Shown here one piece after another: positions 1 to 7,604 of a DNA stretch of 9,632 nt. Position numbers and translations under genes: made by a program. This DNA is from a virus. Its lineage: Duplodnaviria > Heunggongvirae > Uroviricota > Caudoviricetes. The notes below the pieces were generated by a model. It was not told the origin of the DNA and did not search any database. It saw nothing but the letters and a program-made list of their open reading frames with translations. How positions within the stretch are numbered: position 1 is the first letter of the stretch; the number at the start of each line of letters is the position of its first letter. The stretch lies in IMG/VR virus record IMGVR_UViG_2600254997_000008; one strand, 5' to 3'.

Positions 1-240
1 CTGAGCGAGAGAAGAGGCCAGTGACACAAGGCGTCGTGTACGACGCGGATCACCGAGACGGGCATGTCCAAACTGCTCGTTAGCCCATGAATAACAATCA
101 GAAAGTACCATAACAGACCCGAAGAAAATGAAATATAAGAGAAGATCAACGGGTGAGGAAAAAGTTCAAAAAATCGCTGCCGGGGAGGAAGGAAACTACC
201 GGATGGAAAGAGTCCCCCTAAAGCAGACTGACAGACATCA

Positions 241-262
241 CAAATCCCCGGGTGGGGATTTG
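241..262. repeat. Perfect palindrome: 9-bp stem CAAATCCCC / GGGGATTTG around a 4-nt centre GGGT
   Basis: Read directly from the sequence at 241-262. Not followed by a U-run on either strand, so not a typical intrinsic terminator. Lies immediately inside the IS50-like terminal sequence. Confidence 0.5.
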
Positions 263-276
263 TGTATAAGAGACAG
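258..276 (-). mobile_element. IS50/Tn5-like terminal inverted-repeat-like 19-mer (minus strand CTGTCTCTTATACACAAAT)
   Basis: From memory, the 19-mer matches the IS50 outside end (CTGACTCTTATACACAAGT) and the Tn5 mosaic end (CTGTCTCTTATACACATCT) at 17/19 positions each. It sits exactly where stf homology ends. The other end and any target-site duplication are outside the window. Confidence 0.3.
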
Positions 277-1054
277 CTTTGGCCCGGGAGGTCCCACCAC
301 GGTGGGGATTCGGTTTACGGCGTCTTCCGCCGCTATCCTGCTTTGTTCCGCTGACTGTGCGCTTTCTGCTGACTCCCGGGCTTTTTCTGCTGCGGTCGTT
401 GCATCCCTGGATGCATTACCGGCTGCACTTTCTGCCGTCTTTCTTGACAATTCAGCTTCTGCTGCACTTTGTGATGACTCACTGGCTTTTTGAGCGGCCG
501 CAGAAGCCGAGGACGAGGACGCATCCTCTGACTGCTTTGCTGAGGCTGCACTTTCCGTCGCCTGCCGGGCTGACTCCGATGCATCCCCTGCAGAAGTCTC
601 AGCATTTACTGCACTCTTTTCCGCCTGGCCGGCTGATATACCCGCATTCCTCGCTGACGTCTCTGCCTCTCCGGCATTCTTCTTCGCCTCCTCAGCGTGA
701 CGCGCTGCCTCTTCCACCATCAGTTCAAAACGTCGCAGTGCCTCCGGACGGGCATCATCCTCCGTCATGGCACCGAGAAAATCATTCAGCGTACCGGGTT
801 GAGAATCTTCATACACGGTGATGGTCCCGGCATGTGACGGCGGGAATCCCTCCACCAACAGAATAACGCTGTACTGACCGTACTCAACGTCCATACTGTA
901 ACGCCCGGCTTCATCCGGATTTTCTGAGGCCAGCGTGTTCACCACCACAGTGGTACTGTTACGTTTTGCTTTCAGCTGGATTGTGCAGTTCTGTACCGGT
1001 TTTCCTGTGCCGTCTTTCAGTACACCTGAAATCTTTACTGCCATATTCACCCCA

Positions 1055-1081
1055 CAAAAAAGCCCGCCTGAACCGGCGGGC
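1055..1081 (-). terminator. Rho-independent terminator-like hairpin between lom and stf
   Basis: On the minus strand: 8-bp GC-rich stem AGCCCGCC / GGCGGGCT with a 6-nt loop, followed by a run of six T (plus-strand A-run at 1055-1060). Lies downstream of the lom stop at 1109. Confidence 0.5.
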
Positions 1082-1108
1082 TGTCATAACACTGTGTTAC
1101 CTGGCTAA

Positions 1109-1708
1109 TCAGAATTTATAACCGACACCCACGATGAAACCGTCAGTGCGCCAGTCACCACTGCCGGAGCCTTCATAAGCAATATCAATGGCCACGGATT
1201 CGGTCGGGTTAAACTGCACGCCAGCCCCCCACGCCAGAGACGTGTTGCTGTGGCGACCGTCATCACTTCCGGTCAGCACATCGTGCGTTTTCCCCTTGTT
1301 GTCAGTTACGCGGAGATAATCCCCGGAGAAAGTCGACACACGGCTGTAAGCCACACCCGCCATCGCATACGCGCTGAACCATTCATTCACGCGCACAGAC
1401 GGCCCCGCCATCACGCTGAACCAGCGGTTACGCACGGAATCTTCATGCCAGCGGGTATCGCTGTAACGGGTAAGCTGGCGATTCTTGTCTCCTGCATAGC
1501 TGAATGACGTCACCAGCCCCAGCGTGTCCGTAAATTCATAACGGTATTTCACGTTAATCCCGTTAAGATTATCGCTACCGGGAGCGTTCGTCCGGGCATG
1601 AAGATACCCCGCGCTCAGTGTGGACTGATGTTCAGACGCCCATGCAGGCGCACCGGATACGGACAGACAGATGGCTGCGGACAAAATGGCTGCACAAACT
1701 TTACGCAT
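1109..1708 (-). CDS. lom: Outer-membrane beta-barrel protein Lom (Ail/Lom/OmpX family), a lysogenic-conversion moron
   Basis: 199-aa ORF. N-terminal signal peptide [25 protein letters not shown]-terminus ...[24 protein letters not shown] matches lambda Lom and ends in the aromatic residue typical of outer-membrane barrels. Sits between J and stf as in lambda. Shine-Dalgarno GAGAGG lies about 6 nt upstream of the ATG at 1706-1708. Confidence 0.85.
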
Positions 1709-1732
1709 AATTACCTCTCGCTTTTCTGCAAT

Positions 1733-1757
1733 AAAAAAGGCACCATTTCTGGTGCCC
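1733..1757 (-). terminator. Rho-independent terminator-like hairpin between J and lom
   Basis: On the minus strand: stem GGCACCA / TGGTGCC with loop GAAA, followed by TTTTTTATT (plus-strand A-run at 1733-1738). Lies downstream of the J stop at 1778 and upstream of the lom start. Confidence 0.5.
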
Positions 1758-1777
1758 TTATATGGGTTATAACAATT

Positions 1778-4700
1778 TCAACGAATACTGATGCCGGAAG
1801 CGGCTTTTTTGGTCACAATCACCGTACAGTCGGTGATATTACCTGCCCACTGATTGCCTTTATGGAAAACCTTAAACTCCAGAGTGACGCTTCCCCTGCC
1901 ACTCGGCATATCAATAACCGCACTGTAGCTACCGGGAATGGCCCCTTTAGTTTCTCTGGATGCGATTAATACACCGTTTTTGCGAACTTCAAAACCATAA
2001 CCCGTGTAACTTGTACCTCCCGGGTTATTACCACTTCCCGGATAGCTATACGCTATTCCGTTAAAGATAATGGGCGGAATAATGATTTGACGGTCAAAGT
2101 TATGATCATCGCTGATGGTGACTGTAACCGTCCCGTTTGGTGTTTCCGTGTTACCCCACGTACCAGCCTGTTTCGGAAATGATTTGGATACAGCTTTAAC
2201 GAAGTCACCTCTGACCTGAGTCGCCTCCAGCATGCCCTTAATCGTACAGTTTTCATTTACCGTGACGTTGTTGAGCGTCCCGGAGTTCGCATTCACGTTA
2301 CCGCTGATATCCGCATTTCTCGCCGTCAGCCGCCCGTCCGGTGTCAGGGAGAATGCCGGAGGATTACCGCCGCTGGTAATTGTTGGAGCCGTCAGATACT
2401 TCAGGAACACTTCGTTCATGAATATCTGGTTGCCCTGCGCCACAAACATCGGCGTTTCATTCCCGTTTGCCGGGTCAATAAACGCGATACGGTTAGCGGC
2501 AACCAGGAACTGGCTCAGTTTGCCTTCCTCCGTATCCTCCATGCTGAGGCCAAGCCCCGCGACATAATGCCTGCCGTCCTCGGTCTGCTCAATTTTGACG
2601 CCCCACATGGCATTCCATTTATCGTTGGCGTCCTTCCACTCTTTCGAAAACTCCTCCAGTTTGCTGGCGTTATCCTCCGTCAGCTCGACTTTTTCCAGCA
2701 GCTCCTTGCCGAGATGGGATTCGGTTATCTTGCCTTTGAAAAAATCCAGGTAACCTTCCGCATCATCGCTCGCCCGACCGACGGCCTCCACGAATGCCGA
2801 TTTGCCAACGGTGTTCACACTGCGAACGTAAAAATAATAATCATGGCCCGGCTTAATATTGATACTGGCGGCTATCCAGTACAGCGCCGTGCCAAGATAG
2901 CGCGCTGTGGTTTCAACCTGCCGGATATCGGCAATCCGCTTTTCCGAGAACCAGAACTCAAACTGTACCGTCGGATCATAAACCGCAAGATGCGGCGTGG
3001 CGGTTATCTGAAAATAGCCCGGCGTCAGCTCAATCCGCGACGGCGCTGCCGGTGCGGCAATCCGGAACGATACCGATGCCGGATCGCCCTGCTGTCCCCG
3101 GGCATTTACCGCCCGGACCTTCAGCGTGTAACGCCCCAGCGCCAGTTGCCTGAAGCGGTATGTGGTTTCCGTCGTCCGGGCCGTGCTGACCAGCCGCTCA
3201 CTGCCGTCATCCGCTGCCACGGTCAGGCGAAGCAGGAAACTCACGCCCTTCACCACCTTCGGCGTGTCCCAGCGGGCCAGTACCTGATACTCCCCGCTGT
3301 CTGCGGTGACTTCTGCGGTCAGATGCTGCACTGCTGGCGGCGTGACACCATTCACCGTGCCGCTCTGGTTACCGTCAAAGTGCGCCCCGTTATCCACGAT
3401 GGCCTCTTTTGCCGGCACATGCTGCACGGCAGTGATGGCATACGTGCCGTCATCGTTCTCACGGATACTCACACAGCGGAACAGGCGCTGACGCAACGTC
3501 GGCAACTTCAGCCCCCATACGCTGTATCCGGCAACGCCGTCAGGAACACGGCTCACTTTCACCTTCACGCCGTCGGTGACGGACTGGACCTCCACGCTCA
3601 CCGGATTACCCTGCCCGTCAACCAGGCTTATCAGCGTGGTGCCGGAGGATGGCAGCGTGATTTCACGGTCGAGCGTCAGCGTCCGGGGTCTGGCTGTTCA
3701 CCGCCAGCACGCGCCCGCCGGTGCTGATACCGGCATAGTCATCATCGCAGATTTCAATGACATCGCCCGGTACATGGCGAAGCCCTTCAGCACCCACGCT
3801 GAAGTCCACGGTCTGCGTTTCCAGCAGCTCCGTTTTAATCAGCCACAGCCCGGCGCGGTGTGCCTGCCCCCGACTGGTACAGCCAAAGGCATCCATCTTC
3901 GTGACGTTACGACCGTAACGGGCAATGGCCTGCGTGTCCTCCACAAGCTCCGTTGCCGTCTCCCAGCCGTTATCCGGGTCAGTCCAGTTCACCTCAACGG
4001 CATTATGGCGGTCCTTCAGGGCGCTGAAACTGTAGCGGAACGGCGCGCCATCATCCGGCATCACCACATTACTGCGGTTATAGGTCCACACCTTATCCGA
4101 TGGTCGGTCCTGCACGAACGTCAGCGTCTGCCCGTTCCATACCGGCATACAGCGCATCGCAGAGCAGAAATCACTGAGCACATCCCACGCCTTGCGCTGT
4201 GTGGTCAGGTACGCATTACAGGTGATGCGCGGCTCCGTGCCGCCAAAGCCGTCCGGCACTGACTGGTCGCAGTACTGGCCGATGACATACAGCGCCCATT
4301 TATCCACATCCGCCGCACCAAGACGTTTCCCCATGCCGTAGCGCGGATGGGTCAGCATATCCCACAGACACCAGGCCATGTTGTTGCTGTATGCCGGTTT
4401 AAACGTCCCGTCCCAGATACCGCTGTATTGCCGCGTCTGCGGGTTATAGTTCGACGGCACCTGCAGAATGCGCCCGCGAAGATTGATAAATTACGGCTTC
4501 ACCTGCTGGCTGCCGAACTGCTCCGAATCCACCTGCACGCCGACCAGTGCCGTGTTCCGGGTAGCAACTGTTTCACATCGATGATTTCGGTGTATGACGA
4601 CCAGAGCGTTTTGTTCTGCAGCTGGTCTGTGGTGCTGTCCGGCGTCATCCTGCGCATCCGGATATTAAACGGGCGCGGCGGCAGGTTACCCACCACCACC

Positions 4701-5197
4701 GAGGCCAGATACTGCGAGGTGGTTTTGCCCTTAATGGTGATGTCTTTTTCCGTCACCCAGCCACCGTTACGCTGTATCTGAACCAGCAGGCGGACTTCCG
4801 ACGGATTCCTGTCTCCCTTTGAGGTGGTTTCCACCAGTGCCTGTACACCGAAGGTAAAGCGCAGACGGTCGATGTTTGCCGACGTGATGGTCCGGGTGAT
4901 CGGCGTGTCATATTTCACTTCCGTACCCAGCACAGTCTCGGAGCCGGAGGATTCAAACCCCTCCGGCGGAGTCTGCTCCTGCTCACCTGCCCGGAACACC
5001 ACCGTGACGCCGGAGATATTGGTATTCCCCTCACTGTCCAGCACCGGCGTACTGTTCAGCAGCACGCTTTTTAATCCGTCCACCGGACCTTCAATCGGCC
5101 CTTCGCTGATGACATCGATCACACTCAGCAACTGCGTGGATTTCAGGTTGTCCTTCGCTTCGCGCGGGGTATGCCCCTTACTGCTGCCTTTACCCAT
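1778..5197 (-). pseudogene. J: Tail tip / host-specificity protein J (central tail fibre), disrupted by frameshifts and an in-frame stop
   Basis: Three consecutive minus ORFs match lambda J from N to C: 4499..5197 (MGKGSSKGHTPREAKDNLKSTQLL...), 3663..4460 (PSNYNPQTRQYSGIWDG...) and 1778..3601 ([15 protein letters not shown]... to the C-terminus). The breaks are single-base insertions at roughly 4564-4565, 4555-4556, 4498-4499, 4488-4490 and 4483-4484, which also create an in-frame TAA at 4491-4493, plus one in the G-run at 3685-3688. The span is 3420 nt; removing six inserted bases gives 3414 nt, or 1137 codons (lambda J is 1132 aa). Confidence 0.85.
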
Positions 5198-5210
5198 TCC
5201 TCATGCTCCA

Positions 5211-5240
5211 TAAACGACAAAACCGCCCGCAGGCGGTTTC
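5211..5240 (-). terminator. Stem-loop in the I-J intergenic gap, possibly a weak terminator or attenuator
   Basis: On the minus strand: 8-bp stem AAACCGCC / GGCGGTTT with loop TGCG, followed by TTTTGTCGTTTAT. Lies between the I stop (5258) and the J start (5197). Function is inferred from structure only. Confidence 0.3.
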
Positions 5241-5257
5241 ACATAAAACATGTTCCA

Positions 5258-5930
5258 TCAGCGACCAATCACCACGATTTCACCACCATCACCTTCATCA
5301 GCTGTACTGATCTCCTGAGATGCCACACGTGACCCCACGCGCATTTCACCGAACAGAACGGGCAGAACATTGCCCTGGGCAACCATGTTATCCAGTGAGG
5401 AGAAATAGGTGTTCTGCTTACCGTTATCCGTACTGGTCGCTGTGGGCGTCCGGGCTTTCGGTGCCAGCATCTGCGCCACACCACCGAGCACCATACTGGC
5501 ACCGAGAGAAAAACAGGATGCCGGTCATACCTCCGGCCCCCATGGCTGCCCCCCATGCTGCAAGGGTGGCTCCGGCGGTAAAGAATGATCCGGCAATGGC
5601 GGCTGCTCCCAGGACAATCTGGAATACGCCCCCTGACTTGGCCCCGGCGACTCTGGGAACAATATGAATCACAGCGCCATCAGGCAGAGTCTCATGTAAC
5701 TGCGCCGTTAATCCGGACGTGCTGACGTCCCGCCCGGAAATCCGTACCTGATACCAGCCATCGCTCAGTTTCTGACGAAACGCCGGGAGCTGTGTGGCCA
5801 GTGCCCGGATGGCTTCAGCCCCCGTCTTCACACGAAGGTCGATGCGGCGGCCAAATCGTTGTAAATCCCCGTAAAGGCAGATGCGCGCCATGCCCGGTGA
5901 CGCCAGAGGGAGTGTGTGCGTCGCTGCCAT
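5258..5930 (-). pseudogene. I: Tail tip assembly protein I, frameshifted
   Basis: ORF 5424..5930 carries the lambda I N-terminus (MAATHTLPLASPGMARICLYGDLQRF...). ORF 5258..5494 carries the C-terminus (...SMVLGGVAQMLAPKAR...VVIGR). The frame switch maps to a 5-A run at 5509-5513 (minus strand TTTTT; four would give ...GILFSLGASMVLGG). The span is 673 nt; minus one base gives 672 nt, or 223 aa, which equals lambda I. The I start overlaps the K 3' end by 102 nt, as in lambda. Confidence 0.85.
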
Positions 5931-6571
5931 TTGTCGGTATACCTCTCTCGTTTGCTCAGTTGTTCAGGAATATGGTGCAGCAGCTCGCCGTCACCACAGT
6001 AAATAGCGGCATGATTCGGCACCGATGAACCAAAGCAGCACAGCAGCACATCGCCCGGCTGCGCCTCTGTCAGTGCGACACGGTAAAAACCAGTCGCCTC
6101 CATATTGTCAAGATAGAGATTCTGACCGTTACGCCACCAGTCATCCCCGCGATGAAAATCCGGCATCTCAATTCCCGCCAGATGGTAAGCATCCCGGAAC
6201 AGCGTGTAACAGTCCGTCACCCCGTGCTCAAAGCGCCGCCCGGTGAGATGCGGCACACAGCGGAACTTGTGAATCGCCCCCCGGCAGACCAGCCACCAAG
6301 GCAAATCACTCTGCACCTGCAGCCGCCGGTCGGCCTCACTCAGCCAGGGCAGACCACCGGGGTGACTGTGGACCAGCGCCACAATCTCCCCCTGCATTTT
6401 GGCCTGCAGCCAGTCCTCCGGAGCCATCCGGAAATAATCCTCCGGTTCACTGGAGATATTCACGCAGGGGAAATATCTTTCCCCCTCCGGCGTTCTCACC
6501 ACGAAGCCGCACGACTCCGCTGGCGCACATCGCCGGGCGTGCGCCAGAATCGCTGATTCTGTCTCTGTCAT
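5828..6571 (-). CDS. K: Tail tip assembly protein K (JAMM/MPN domain plus NlpC/P60-like domain)
   Basis: Minus ORF 5828..6613. The most plausible start is the ATG at 6569-6571 (MTETESAILAHARR...), 4 nt after the L stop, giving 247 aa. Lambda annotation uses the internal Met at about 6427 (199 aa). JAMM motif HSHPGGLPWLSEAD (HxHx7Sx2D) is present, with a Cys-containing region (DCYTLF) downstream. Confidence 0.85.
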   Translation of the reverse strand: MTETESAILAHARRCAPAESCGFVVRTPEGERYFPCVNISSEPEDYFRMAPEDWLQAKMQGEIVALVHSHPGGLPWLSEADRRLQVQSDLPWWLVCRGAIHKFRCVPHLTGRRFEHGVTDCYTLFRDAYHLAGIEMPDFHRGDDWWRNGQNLYLDNMEATGFYRVALTEAQPGDVLLCCFGSSVPNHAAIYCGDGELLHHIPEQLSKRERYTDKWQRRTHSLWRHRAWRASAFTGIYNDLAAASTFV

Positions 6572-6575
6572 GGGA

Positions 6576-7274
6576 TTACTGCGAAAGTTTGTTAATGGAA
6601 AGGAAGCCGCCAAAGTTGCCGACGTTATTGCGGAACTTACAACCGCTCAGGCATTTGCTGCATTTATCCTTCGTGATATCGGAAGTTGGCTGGTCATATT
6701 CATCCGCGACCGCCGGACCGTGATAACCGCACTCACCACCGCGATAGGTCCAGGTGCAGGTATTAGCCAGCATGATACGCCCCGGAAAAACAGCACCATC
6801 CGTTTCCGTCGGCGTGGACAACACAAAGGAGGCACTGACCGCACTCAGTTCGCTGCACTGCTCAATGCGCCAGCGGCTGATCACCTCCTGCTCCGGATCG
6901 GCGTCACTGTTTCCGTTGACGAAGTTCACCGCATCCAGAAAACGGGCGTAAACCTTACGCCGGACCACCGTTCCGCCGACCAGACTCTGCAGATCTTCCG
7001 CCATCCCGGTGACCATACCGTACAGGTTAGAAACCGTCAGCGTGGGGCGCGTACTGGTGCCTTTGCCATTCAGTTCAAAACCACTCCCCTGAATGGGATA
7101 CGGCTGATACTGTCGCCCCTGCCAGGTGACCGGCTCACCTTTTTCGTTCTGCTCATTACAGAAAAAATAACGTTCTCCACCGACCTCTGTCAGATCGATT
7201 TCCCAGAGCACCACGCTGGCCGACTGCTCCACACGGGTGCATTCATTCAGTGTTTCCTGCCGGATATCCTGCAT
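6576..7274 (-). CDS. L: Minor tail protein L
   Basis: 232-aa ORF: MQDIRQETLNECTRVEQSASVVLWEIDLTEVGGERYFFCNEQ...CSKCLSGCKFRNNVGNFGGFLSINKLSQ. Same length as lambda L, with the C-terminal Cys cluster. Its start overlaps the expected M stop (TGATG). Confidence 0.9.
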   Translation of the reverse strand: MQDIRQETLNECTRVEQSASVVLWEIDLTEVGGERYFFCNEQNEKGEPVTWQGRQYQPYPIQGSGFELNGKGTSTRPTLTVSNLYGMVTGMAEDLQSLVGGTVVRRKVYARFLDAVNFVNGNSDADPEQEVISRWRIEQCSELSAVSASFVLSTPTETDGAVFPGRIMLANTCTWTYRGGECGYHGPAVADEYDQPTSDITKDKCSKCLSGCKFRNNVGNFGGFLSINKLSQ

Positions 7275-7604
7275 CAGTTCACCACCTGTTCAAACTCTGC
7301 GCTGAACTCAACACGCAACATACTGACCCGCGACGACCATTTTGCGCAGGTCACCTTTATCTGCCTGCAACTCATAAGGCGGCGTCCACAGAAAGGACTT
7401 CCAGCCACCGTGCTCTGCCAGAAACGACTCCAGCACCGTGGCCTCCTCACGGGAGACAGAAAGCGTCACGCTGTACGTTTTCAGGTCAGCATTCAGCCCG
7501 GCAGGCGCACGCTGGGAATAGCCATCACCAAAGCGCACCTCCCTGACAGAAGGAGCCGAAGCCACATCCATACCGGGTTTCACTTTCCAGCGGAAGGTTT
7601 TCAT
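7274..7604 (-). CDS. M: Minor tail protein M, C-terminus frameshifted by a 1-bp insertion
   Basis: ORF 7308..7604 begins MKTFRWKVKPGMDVASAPSVREVRFGDGYSQRAPAGLNADLKTYSVTLSV... as in lambda M, but ends after an aberrant tail (LQADKGDLRKMVVAGQYVAC). The adjacent frame encodes ...QIKVTCAKWSSRVSMLRVEFSAEFEQVVN and stops at TGA overlapping the L ATG. The frame switch is near 7364-7373. Span 331 nt; minus one base gives 330 nt, or 109 aa, which equals lambda M. Shine-Dalgarno GGAGGT lies upstream of the ATG at 7602-7604. Confidence 0.8.

Larger units (their letters stand above)
1..276. other. Unidentified non-phage segment left of the stf truncation point; purine-rich on the + strand; ends in an IS50/Tn5-like terminal sequence
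   Basis: Tail-fibre homology stops at 276/277. The minus-strand frame continuing from the junction is open to the window edge but is F/L/S/P-rich with no recognisable protein. A + strand frame entering from the left edge stops at 81-83. No family assignable from sequence alone. Confidence 0.3.
238..1044 (-). pseudogene. stf: Side tail fibre protein Stf, N-terminal fragment (truncated at the 276/277 junction)
   Basis: Minus ORF 238..1050. N-terminus MAVKISGVLKDGTGKPVQNCTIQLKA... matches lambda Stf; the likely true start is the ATG at 1042-1044 (the track's first M is a GTG), preceded by a GGGGTGA Shine-Dalgarno-like sequence. An Ala/Ser/Glu/Thr-rich low-complexity region follows, then a collagen-like GPPGPK. 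The last 12 codons (LSLIHKSPPGDL, stop at 238-240) are read from the IS50-like sequence. A full Stf is much longer than this ~258-codon fragment. Confidence 0.7.

Noticed and set aside
128-493. 121-aa + strand ORF starting in the purine-rich segment
   Set aside because: It crosses the 276/277 junction and continues antisense to the stf repeat region, so it is unlikely to be a single genuine gene. The minus-strand nested ORFs at 279..821 and 333..605 are likewise alternative frames of the stf low-complexity region.
2567-3727. 386-aa + strand ORF
   Set aside because: It lies antisense to J, which has strong homology support. The product is Arg/Pro/Gly-rich and low-complexity, typical of a spurious open frame opposite a GC-rich gene.
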